The translations under genes were made by a program, and so were the position numbers. Positions 40,701-52,099 of a DNA stretch of 64,000 nucleotides are shown piece by piece. This DNA comes from Oikopleura dioica (taxonomy: Eukaryota; Animalia; Chordata). Under the pieces are notes generated by a model. That model made no database searches. It had not been told where the DNA came from and saw only the letters and a program-made list of their open reading frames with translations. Every line of letters starts with the position of its first letter. Positions within the stretch are counted from its first letter, which is position 1. The stretch lies in contig OU015568.1 in NCBI GenBank assembly GCA_907165135.1, positions 11,284,001-11,348,000 of the forward strand. Direction: 5' to 3'.

Positions 40701-41316
40701 CACCATATGAGTAGACAGAACCTGAAATACAAGAATGACAAGCAACCTGTTAATAGGAACGGACTCAACTGCACGCTTTCGTTTTTTTTTAAATCGACAT
40801 CTACTTGAGCCCTAAAAAGTGCCATTCAACAGCTGGCTAATCCGCTGAATACGCGCATTCGTAAGAGCTTCAGTTTGAACGACATGAAAGCATTTCTACG
40901 GGACACGAAGCGCTCAGACGCGATGATCCTGGATTCGCGCGACCCTGAGCCCGTGGCTTACACGAGCGAGAATCTCTTACGGCCGCTCATTACGCAGCCA
41001 GCAACAGTAGGTGATAATCGAAATTTGATGCACAGATGCTCTAATTGAAACAATTTAGAAACGCCGTCAATCTCGCCAAACTCGACGTCAAGACAGGGCT
41101 CTCAGACCCATGGAACAGCTCCTCTGACGGAGGAAGAGTCTACCAGGTAATGATTGTGACTATAAGACAGTAGATGGATGTTGAAAATCTAGCCTGGCGT
41201 CCAAAATGTGGCTTACACCCTCCATTCTCCGTTCAAATCCCATCAACTTCATTCGACTCGGTTCCGTGACAAGTCAAATGTCCGTCAAACAGACAGACGA
41301 CCCTGTAATTATTTAA
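37768..41316 (+). CDS. gpr156: GPR156-like orphan class C GPCR (GABA-B-related, no Venus flytrap domain)
   Basis: Phase-consistent exons are 37768-37870, 38052-38148, 38654-38772, 39378-39550, 39665-39811, 39850-40026, 40070-40429, 40470 onward and three tail exons. Motifs NDVLCK, LLCGSLLAHSS, LSVGCSLVFG..WK, VDV..TLWSSTDPFRC, FCSVHY..W..KGVL and FHFIPKI match GPR156/GABA-B TMs as I recall them. The N-terminus is short and the C-tail is long and S/Q-rich. Confidence 0.8.
39626..39648. repeat. (ATCA)n microsatellite in a gpr156 intron
   Basis: About 5.75 perfect ATCA units. Confidence 0.9.
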
Positions 41317-41537
41317 CTAACATATTTTTGACTGAACTAGAATGTGATAATTTCTCGTCACTTTAATATTTTCATTCCAAATAAACACACTTTGTAACAG
41401 CATTTATACTTCAAAGTCAGGCGCCTTGTTTCTCACCTTCTTCATTTGCAGGCTAAAAGAATTCTTTATTTTAAAAAAGAGAATTTTGATGAACCTCGGA
41501 TTCAATGGGAGTCACTTTGTTCGTCATCTTTGAGTTC

Positions 41538-43206
41538 TTATTCCTCCGAATTACCAGAGCGTGTTCTAGGCCTTTTCCACTTGTAAGAACTACTACTGTC
41601 TGAGCGCGGATTTCCGAGTCTTAGATAGGTTTTTTCCGGATTTTGGACAATGAATATTCTCATTGCAACGAAATAAACCTTGGCCATGCAAAACTGGATG
41701 ATCGGATTGCAAATCAACGAGATGCGGGCAATGACAGAGGGAAATGCGACGAACGCGTAACGGGATGAGTAGACATCATCGTCGACGGCAGTTTTCGAGA
41801 TCATGATTGACAAGATGTAGCAGACATATGGCATCTTAAAGAATTATAAATTTTCAGAAATACTTACAAGACTTTTACCCATCCTATTAGCCACGCAGCT
41901 ACCATTGCGACGGTCATTTTCCATAGAAGAATGTCGTGATCCCGAGTCGGGCAACTTCGCTCAGACGGTGACTGGAAATAACATTTTTTAATCTACTTTT
42001 TGACGTCAAACTTGAAAAATTTTCCAGACAAGGATACATTATAATTCTGAGTGGGATACCTGAACGCGTATAAAACTAAGCGTAGTTCCAAATAAGTAAA
42101 TCATGACGATCAACGGCGTAATATAGACGATGATCAGGAAACAAATGGTAAACTTTGCACCATTTCCACCACTAAATACGTATGGGAGTAAATTATGCGC
42201 AAGTAGTCTCGTGATTCTGATGAATTGTCAATGACGACACTCATTCTTGAAGGACTAATTTTTACCTATACCAATTTGGCGCACAAGATGTTCCAATGCC
42301 TTCAAGTGCGTATTGATTCCATCCAACAAGCGGAAGCATGCACCAAATTCCGCTCCAGATCCAACAACAACCAGATGAAATCATCGATTGTTTGATATCA
42401 AAGTTAGCTCCTGCAAGCGGATTGCAGATCACAAGATATCGCTCAACCAGCATCAAAAGAAGACTAAAATATTTCAAAAGAAAGACTCAAAAAAGTCACC
42501 TAAGAAGTCTTGTTGAGCCACAGAAGAAAGTGATGAATCCTTCGATTTTGCAAGCATTCATGCCAAAGTAAAAATATCCCATTGCATTTGAAATCATTGT
42601 CATGAAGACGCCTAGAGCCGTTGCCACCAAGTCACAGGAAGCGAGATTAAGGGAGAGCATTCGAATCGGGTTTTTAAGACCGTCATATTTTCCTAAAGTC
42701 GTATTTCTAAAGCTGTCTTTATGCATGTATCTTACCAATAACGGCTAGAAGCATACAGTTGAGAAAAAGCGAAAGCATGAAAACAACAAGAAAAATGAAA
42801 GAAATAGAAGCGTAGGCACCACGACTAACTTTTAGGAAGTTTAAAAATAATTTGTCTTTTGTACTCCTCTATGTCTCCAAAACTCCTTTCCTTGAGAGAC
42901 ATGATATACAGTGGTCGTATTAAGATCGTACCAGTATTGCTGGCAAGGTGGCTCTGCTGGTGGCGGAGGCATTGTCGTAACGACGAGTTCTGTGGTCATT
43001 TCTGCCGTTGTTACCCATGCTTCCGTTGTTTCCGTTATATTATTGTTGGTCGTAGTATTCACGATACTTTCCAGAACAGTTGCAATCGTGGCGACAACAT
43101 CATTCTCGTAGTTTCGTTTGGCCTTACTGTCGATGTAATTACTGTCATTTGCAGGTGCTAATGTCTCGTTCATGGTCGCGTTCATATTTATCAAAGATTC
43201 TTTCAT
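41538..43206 (-). CDS. opsin: Ciliary-type opsin (Ciona opsin1-like) lacking the retinal-binding lysine
   Basis: Seven exons encode a Thr-rich N-terminus, TM1 FLNCML, TM2 LNLASCDL, ACKIEGFITFF (C110, E113), VERYLVICNPL, GWNQYALEGIGTSCAPNW (E181, C187), TM5 PLIVM, TM6 GWMPY and TM7 FPSVIARISLICNPII. The C-terminal end is uncertain. Confidence 0.9.
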
Positions 43207-43522
43207 ATCCACCGCATCTCTCTACTTTGGACAACTCTCAGTTTCAAAAATAGTAAAATATTCCACTTGTTATATGTTTGTCGATGGAAATACGTCTGGA
43301 CGTGCGCTTAGGGGAGAGAAGATCCGATTCCGGCGAGTGCGCTGATCGATAGAACTTTCAAAGAAAGAGCCGTATAATCCCAGCGAAGACGTGGCAACGC
43401 ACGCAAAAATTGGAGAAACTACATAGATCGATGGGGAGATTTAGCCTTAGACAAGATTTTCTCTTAGACGAAATTTAAATAAATTTTAGCAAAAAGGAGA
43501 TTATCTTTTTGAAAAGAAGCAA

Positions 43523-46500
43523 TCAATGATTTTCGGGATCAGCCTTGTGATTACTTTGGGGTTTGGAAATCGAGTTTGTATAAGTTGATAGAAGGCATGT
43601 TCTTTCCCAGATAAACTCTAGTAATCTATAAAAAGAATTTATTTGTTTGAATTAAATCGAATGAAATAAGCCGTCGGAAAAATGTACCACATTTCTTTTT
43701 GCATAACATGTCCTTCACTTCTTGTAAAACTTTCATGCGTCATTTGGATGTTCATGTTTCGAGCAACAGTCTTTGCAAAATCGGCATCGGTGTAGTAAAA
43801 TGGCCGCGAAAAAGGAATTCTTATTTTTGCCTTATGTGAAGGGTTTTTATCGTCCACAAGACTACTTTTCATAAGATAAATTTGATCTGCATCATCTTTG
43901 CGATCCATTATCATTTGATGGAGATAAACTTCTCCATCTGAATTTTTCTGAAATATGAATTGAGTAATGCAATGTGAGAGAATCATTGATTATTTTCCTA
44001 AAACAACTATCCATAGATCATTATTTACCTGAGCACAACAAACAGATATCGGACAAACGATGTCATCACAGGTCAGATCGACTTGAAAATTAATTACAAA
44101 ACAAAAAAGATGTAAAGGAATCTCTTACCTTCTTTCATGATAAGAGACGTTTTTGGAGCCCGATATACCAGATTTTGGTAAAGAATTTGGTCGGCCTCTC
44201 TTAGTAAAATTTTCCAACCTTCAGGTTCAAAAAATGTAGGATTAACAATCCTTTTAAGAACTCGCTCTGCCATCGCCATTTGATTGGTGGTGTCTACATC
44301 GCCGACAGCTCCATATTGACTCCATTCATGCAAACTTCTTGGTGTTAGTCTCATTGTTAAACAACTAATGAGATCTTCTATACTAAGGGTGTATTTATAG
44401 AGCTTGAGATTGAGCTCACTCATAAATTCCTTGAGCACAGAGTAGAACAAATCGCATGTTGATATTGGTACACAAAGATTTGTGTTTCGTTGAACAAGCA
44501 CACTTTGAGTTACGTTGGAAAACATAGACTCACGAGTAATTGTTATATTCATTCTAATCATCTGATTGTTGATAGTACAAAGAGTGTTGTTCGGTTTGAT
44601 TCGTATTTTTTCAAGGTCAAATTTTATAGGTCGACTTGCTAACAACATTTTTGTCATTAATTTTTCTGCTACAGTATTCGAGTATGTAAGAGATCCATTG
44701 AATAAGTCTTCTAGAATTTTGAAAACCCCAGTAAGTCCAGCTTGCTTTATGCACTTCTTTATATATTTTCGATCAAAATTTTGCTGATCACGCTCCTCAT
44801 TTTCAGTTTCCAAAGAATAAAACATCAAGACCCAGGAAGTTTCCCATTCGCAGCAGCAAAAGACAATAAAACGCAGCAGGTTTGTTGGTATTTCATAATC
44901 ATCTTGGGAAAAATTTTCGACAAAGCCTGCCGTTCCTGCTTCTAAAAACACAAATGAAACAAATTGACGAGGACGTTTATCCAAGGTTTTGAAGCTAAAA
45001 GAAGTTCTATTTTTTTGAAATTAAAGAAAATAAGATCATTCATTCTATCAAAGACATTCACATAAAAATTCAACGATTGTATTATCGAACTGTACCTAAA
45101 AAATCAGGAAACCAGAATTTTGTTCCAGATCGCACAAGACCATCCTGACAGTAACGTTCGTATACAGAAGGAATCTCAAGATGCTCAGGAAAGCAAGCTG
45201 ATAAAAAGTTAACAAATTTGACTGATTTTTTCTCGTTTATTTGTTAACTACCGGTTTCGGATAAAATCCTTCATCAGGCTTAACAGACAATAAACAATTA
45301 TTCCGATGTAAAGTAAGTTACCGTGAGGCGGCAAAAAGCACGACTGAGTTAGCAGTGTAAAAAGCGAAAACAACAAAGATCTAATCGTAACAGAAACGGC
45401 AAAAGGGGCGCCAAGAATGGATTGATGTATGCCCCTTTTACAGAAAATTGACACTTTTGCTCTGAATTTGACGGTTTAAGATCAAATAAACGAAGAAAAA
45501 TGCCAATGGTCAACTAGAGATATAATTTGACTGATATTTTATATAAAATATGATAACTTTACTGAAAGACCAAAATCGCATAATCTTACATCACTTAAAA
45601 TAAGGTTTTTTGAAAAATTTGAAAATCAAGAAAAATATTACCTCAAATCTCTTTGAATGAGAATGTTACTTGGTTTAAGGTCAGAGTATCGAATCTTCAA
45701 TTCTTCAAGATTATTCAATCCGGTGAGGACAGAGAAAAGAATTGTTTGTCGAGATTTCATCGATAGGTGTCGGCTTGCCTTTAGAAGTTCAGCAAAATTA
45801 TCATCATACAAGGGCATGATTGTAATTGAGCCTAATGGATCTGACTGAATTTCATCATCTTTATGAAAGAACCTTATACAACAAAGAATCGGCACTATTC
45901 CCGGCATGTCCACTTTATTTCGTGTAAAAGAATAACTTAGTTCTACCATAGGATAAGAAAATAACCAAGAATCAAACGGTTGTACTCTCACTGCATAGTA
46001 TTTTCCATCAATTTTTTCCTTAAAAACAACTGCTTCGCCTCCGAATGATATAATGTTTCCAAACTCAAGTTCTCTTCCAACTGTGTAAGGTTTTAATGTT
46101 TTTACAAAAAGAATATTTTTATATAATAAGTAAGTTTTTAATGAAATAAAACCGAAGATTTCAAAATTTTAGATTGAATTCTAATATGCTTCAAAATTTT
46201 TCTTGGAGAATTTAATTTAAACTGCAAAAATTTATATTGTATTTATTGTCATCTGTTAGTTCGGTGAAAATTAGACTACCAAGTCGTGAGTGTTTTCCGT
46301 AAAATCACACTATCACGATCAATTTGTTCTTTGCTAATGTCTGGAGATAAGTTCAACGCGGTCAAACTGCAAAAAAACGAAAATAATGAAGTGTTTTTAA
46401 GAAAAAAACCTCACAATAATAAGACCATTATACAGCATTCTCTGTAAAACAATCATTTGTTTGTTGTTTAAATCGACAACAAACGGCCCTCTTTTCTTCT

Positions 46501-46927
46501 GTGTTTTTCGCATAAGTAACTTCACACGAAAGGAATCCAAAATACGAGCAGTTGATATCTTTTTGTAGTCAAATGTTTCAAATAAATATGTGTGGCGTAA
46601 GATCTTTTTATCGGAACGTCTTATTTTGCATGTTTTTTCCGGATTACTTTCGTCCAGAAGCTGTTCTTGTGTTCTTGTCAAAATGTCTATTTGTCTTGGT
46701 GTTGCCAACCATTTATAAATCGGTCTTCTGTTGTCATATTTTGATTCACGATAAAGATAACCATAGATAAGATTTTGTTTCGATTCTTGATTATATTCAA
46801 ATTTGAATTCAGCAATTTTCCAGCATTCATATTGTAGCCAATTCGAAAGCGTTTGTCTTTCTATTGTTTCCAAAAGATGGCTTTTGCTGTCACCAATATA
46901 AGCTCTGTTTAGTTCCGGTTTCTCCAT
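43523..46927 (-). CDS. Large multi-exon protein with a divergent Ser/Thr kinase-like domain
   Basis: Kinase motifs are ISFGGEAVVF (Gly loop), YAVRVQPFD (VAIK position), RYSDLKPSNIL (catalytic loop), VRLCDFGLS and GTKFWFPDF. Long N-terminal (176 aa) and C-terminal (296 aa, 115 aa) exons flank the domain. Some junctions are unresolved. Confidence 0.72.
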
Positions 46928-47559
46928 AAATATTGGTATCCACTGTGAGTTAAGTTTTCATTTTTGATATTTTTCACGTTAAAACACACCTGCAAAAGTT
47001 TTTCCTCGTTCATTTTCTAAGCATAATATTCTCTTATGTTTTTCAAATACTTTTGAAACTGAAGCGCGGCTATTTGATTAATTACAATGCAAATATCTTT
47101 TTACCTTAGATTTTGACCATGATTGCGTTATTTTATCGTTCATAATCGCGTTCGATTCCTTTGTCAGAAATTTCTAAGAAAGATACAGAAGTGGTTATAT
47201 CAAGAAAAATCTTTGACTGTTCTACTTTAAAGCGCGTTTCATTGATCAGTTAAACAAAAGATCAAAATGCGGTTATCACACTTAGTACAATTAGGAGGTG
47301 TCTCGAACCGCCAAAAAAGTTCCAAAATTTCGCAAATTTTGCTTGGAAATTTTTAACCAATCAGAATCTTGGATTCGGTTAATCGGCCAATCAGCAGCCG
47401 AGTAGCAGCCCGAGCAAAATATGGTGGGTTGGGGTGATAAGGGGTGATTTCGCATCCCTGTTCGGGATGGTTAGGTGGCCGAACAGGGGACTTGCCCGAA
47501 GAAAATCTATGGATTCTCAGAAGACCTTATTGTTTTGGTTTTATCGTTTAAATTTTTAT

Positions 47560-48000
47560 ATTCAAATGACAGAACTGGTTGCTTATGGGCTTAGAAATCG
47601 ATTTAGAATAATTTGATAGAAGGCACGTTCTTTCCCAGATAAACTCCGTATTTACGGAAAAATATGAACGTCGAGAAAAAATATCAAGTGAATCAGAATT
47701 TTAATGCTGAAAGACGGCTTCTTTTGGAACTCTTTTTTCATTAAACTTGGACAGCCCCTGTGTAACTCGAGAGACAAGTTATAAAATGACGTTGTAATAG
47801 CTTATCCGTCCACAAAACCAGAAAATGAGACAATGAGCTCTTTGCTCTTGAACTTGTTACACTAGTTTCTACTGTTATAATGAATTCCAAACAAACGACC
47901 ATTATTTTAGGTATATTATCCCACGATCCCGTTTGTCGTTCTTGAATTAGAACATAAATAAGTTCCGCTTGATTATTCATTTGAAATAAGTATAAACAAC
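47560..48000 (-). pseudogene. Degenerate paralogue of the 3' end of the kinase-domain gene
   Basis: gatagaaggca(c/t)gttctttcccagataaactc occurs at both ~43588 and ~47615. The translations SLSGKERAFYQIILNRF and SLSGKEHAFYQLIQTRF align, and this copy is broken by stops. Confidence 0.6.
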
Positions 48001-48309
48001 TTCGATTTCAAAATTGATTCGAGCATTTCGAAAGTACCATCCATCAATACTTTGATATTCGAAGAAAGTGCTTAGATTTTACTGGAACATGTGACTTTGT
48101 TTGCTCTGGGGTTGAAAAGGGGTGTGGAAATGAAGAATATCTTCTTTTAGAGTTTTTTTTATCACCTGGAACATCTTATCCTGGTAAGTCTTTTTATTAA
48201 ACTATGGCAAATACCTATACTATTTTTAACACTTGAATTCTTTGATAGTATTTCTGTGTAAAGTCTTATTTGAAATTAAGACATAACTCATTAAAAAAGA
48301 GAGTGACCG

Positions 48310-50640
48310 ATGACAAAAGTCGATGTTATCGAAGATGGTGAATTTGATTTCGATAAAAGTGCGCGCTCCGCGAAAATCGTTCGTAATTTGCCCTTCCACC
48401 AAACAGTTCGCCGCATTATGAGAGATATCGAGGAAACCTTCCATGACAAGTACAGATATGTCACACTATCTTTCTATGTCTACGGCCTGGCCGGCTTAAT
48501 GCCTTGGAACTTTTACATCACGCCAGAGAACTATTGGAACGACAAACTTAGTAAGTACAAAAGAACAAAAATTCTACATGCGCATGTTAAACTTAAAGCC
48601 AGCTTTCTAAACACCCTCGATGATGAAATCTTCGACCGCAGAATTCTGTCGCGTTCGCTAGCTGGCGTTCGAAAAAATTAAGACGATCTTGTAAGGGGCC
48701 AACTTGTTGGTTGGAGTAAGAATTTCTAACTCGAGACTCAAAATAACCAAAATTTTAGCAGAATCAAATCTAATCTTGTAGAAATTCAAGCATCAAATAA
48801 CTTTTGCACCTAGCGACCAATGATACCTTTTCTCCTGACGGATCCTTCACCCCGAACTGGATGCAAAACTTTTGGCAGAATTTCCTTTCCATCTTATGCA
48901 CGGGAGTTGTTTTCCTTTCCTCAATCTTGCTTCAATTCCGGCCGCAGAGTTGGAGCAAAGAAAACCTGCTCTCAATCGGTGAGCCTGTCCCTAATCTCGA
49001 AACCAGGAACCAACGTTTGAATATAGGTGTGGCAGTGAGCGTGGTGCTCTTTATCGCAACAGCTGTAGTGGGCATTTTCGACAATACCGGTTGGGAAGTT
49101 CAATTCTTCTGGATCAATTTAGCTCTTGGAACTGTCCTCAACGCGTTTTGCTCGGTGGTCCAAAATATGGGAATGGCAATGGCCGGTTCTCTTGGCGAAA
49201 CCTACGTGCGGAATCTCTCCAGTGGGCAAGGCTTTGCAGGTAAGAAATTAAGGTTAATTTTCTAAAGCGAAACGTTTGAGGTATCTTCGCGGCTCTGGCC
49301 TACATGATCAACTTGTGCATCGCTGGGAGCCCAACCTCGGCAGGCATCTCATTTTTCTGCACCGCAGGAGCATTTGCCCTCTTCGCTCTGATCAACCACC
49401 TCTGCGTAATTAAAACTGACTTCTACAAATCAAAAATGCTCGACGAGCCGAATTCTAAATCGTCCGATGCCGAGCTCGTTTCGGATGCCAGTTCGGAAGG
49501 ATCATCACAGGAAAAGAGGTTTTTATGCCAAAACACAAATTCATCGAGTCTTGTTGACCGCGCACTAGCCAGAGCATTGCCGAATTCCATACGAGTATGG
49601 AATTTTGCTTCCTTCTATTCTGACATTCCATTTTTGTGAAAATTCCGCTTTCTGATGTAGAATATCAGTTGAATTCGAATGACTGAATGACGTGGTCGTA
49701 GACTGCCATCCTTATCAAAGTTTTCCTGATGAAAATTTTTAACTTTAAAAAACCTCCGATCAAAGGATCCTGCTCGAAGTCGGACAGCAAGCTGCAATTC
49801 TGGTTCCAGCTCCCCTCAATCGCTGATTTGGACCATCCATCCTGAACTTTTCATGAGCTTCATAACATTGTTTGTGACATTGTCCGTTTTCCCTGGGGTG
49901 GCAGCGTCAGTACGATCGACATCAGATAACAAGGGCTCGCGTTAAACAACAATTATCGTTGGCTCATCTAATGTGATCCGCTAATTACGAGCTGTTTCAC
50001 AGCGCTCATTAAAATACTGAAACGTCAGGGATTTATCGGAATTTTCAACGGGACAAAGATATTTGCAGAAAAATGGTTCGTCCCTGTCTGCACATTTTTG
50101 GTTTACAACATCGGTGACACCATCGGCCGTCTGATGACCAACTTCTGTCAAGTTCCTTCCCGCGATTCAACAATTTCAATTTATCTCGTCTCCGCTCTTA
50201 GGCTTATCTTCATCGTGCTCTTTCCCCTCTGTAATGTTCAAAGGATGCCATCTGCTACTCTTCCTACTTTGATATCCTCAGGAATCGGTTTGACCGCAAG
50301 TTGAAAACGACACTTCGATATTCGAGCGTTATCGTAGAAGCGGGTTTAACCGACGTTAGATATTGGTTATGCTGTGCTAGTTCTACTTCTTGCTATTTCA
50401 AATGGATACCTCACAACGCTAAGGGAGGTTTTCTGAAAGTTATCAGATTTATTGTCTTTGACAAATATCCCAAAAATAGTTTGAAAACAATATCAAAGTT
50501 TTATTTACGCTCCGTCCCGTCTTATGGAGCACTCTGACAAGTCCAAAGCAGAAGAATACGTCTTCATTGCCCTGACATTCGGCCTCATTACTGGCTCAGC
50601 TACTTCCTTCGCAACTAAAGCTGCCACTTTGTACCTGTAG
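48310..50640 (+). CDS. slc29a: Equilibrative nucleoside transporter (SLC29/ENT)
   Basis: Motifs are GLAGLMPWNFYIT, NWMQNFW, QGFAG, YNIGDTIGR, LRLIFIVLFPLCN, ISNGYLTTLSFIYAP and FGLITGS. The last two introns are GA-AG (50282-50359) and GG-AG (50424-50498). Confidence 0.93.
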
Positions 50641-51143
50641 AATCGCGAGAACTACTTGATTCCTTAGTTTAATTAATAAATAGATTAGTTCAATTGCACT
50701 CTGCTCAAAGGCGTGTCTTTTTCCTGAAAAAAGAAGATGATTTGAACAGTTTTAGAGAGTGAGTTTGCTTTCATATCTGTGGTTTCCCGTTCAGCCCAAA
50801 AATTTCGCGGTTCGAGCGGAAAAGTTCCGCAGGTGAGTTTTCTTTAGGCGCACTATCAGATCACGTTAGTAAATCCTGCTAATGCCAATGGCTTGAAGCT
50901 TTCTCAAGGTCTTTGAACATTAGAAGAACCAGAATTTTAGAGGAGGATTCATGTTGTTCTCAGCAAAAACGTTTTCTTTGCATGGATCTAAACGTTTCGT
51001 CACTTCCACCTGTTTCTTATCGAACACGTCTTATCAGCCCCAGCGACACCATAAATATGAGTCTTGGATCGCAGTTTAGACAGAGACCAACGCATTTACA
51101 GATAGGATTTTGGTTTGAGTTTTGATTTGCTTCGCTGAAAAAA

Positions 51144-51883
51144 ATGAAGATTGCACTTTTCCTCGCCGCTCTTTCTACAGCTAAAAAAGTCCGAGAGACA
51201 CAAATGATCGGTAAATTAGTCTTCAAGAGACCCTCCACAAACATTCGCTAATTCTAGCTGACCCGGACTTCGATTACGACTTCGACACTTCTAGTGACGA
51301 TGATTACGTCCTCTACGATCCAAATGACATCGATAGATCTTCTGATGATTTCGGCTTTTTGGGACCAATGAGCGATACTGGCGGAGTCCGAAACTTGGTA
51401 AGTCTTTGATAAAAAATCAAAACGTGTTAAAGCTATGATGTAAACATGTGCCGGATTGTACAGTAGAATGCGTTGATAAACAGCACTTAACATACTCGAA
51501 AGTGCCCCTTGAAATGAGAAAAAATTTTAGCACGGCATGTGTGGCGGCGTCAAACTGCCAGGAATCAGCTGCAAGGGTTGCAAGAAGAAGGACGGCTTTC
51601 CACGATACGACAAGCCCTGTCACGAGCCCGAGGCCGGCAATCATGGGAAATTCAAGTGCAAAGTTCTTTGCGGTCCCGGATTTACAGTAAGTTGCAGCGG
51701 GAATTTATTTAACCCGGAGTTGCTGAAAAAACTAACGACTCAAGAGTTTATTCAAGAGTGCGTCACTCTTCAAAAATTTATCGTTCTATTTAGCCGACTA
51801 TCCGACGAATGAAATGCATCGGGAACATCTGGAAAAAGTACCCATCAATGGGAGCTGTCAGATGCATCAAGGACAAGCAATAG
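51144..51883 (+). CDS. Small secreted protein (150 aa): signal peptide, Asp-rich segment, cationic 8-Cys domain
   Basis: Exons are 51144-51210, 51258-51397, 51531-51686 and 51794-51883, all GT-AG and phase-consistent. The product reads MKIALFLAALSTA..DPDFDYDFDTSSDDDY..GVRNL|HGMCGGVKLPGISCKGCKKK..CKVLCGPGFT|PTIRRMKCIGNIWKKY..RCIKDKQ*. Confidence 0.8.
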
Positions 51884-52099
51884 AGAAGCAGAATCACCTG
51901 GTGAAAACATCAACAATTTGATCCGAATAACGGACAAACCTTTCTATCTGTAAAACTGTAACTTTTGTAAAAACCTCGAAAAGCGACGATCAGACGATTA
52001 GTTTGACGTGCGTATTCCGAAAACTCTACCTTATTTAATGATTCAAAATAAAGTGTTTGCGCAGACACAAATTCAGTTGGCCGAATCTTTTATTGACGA

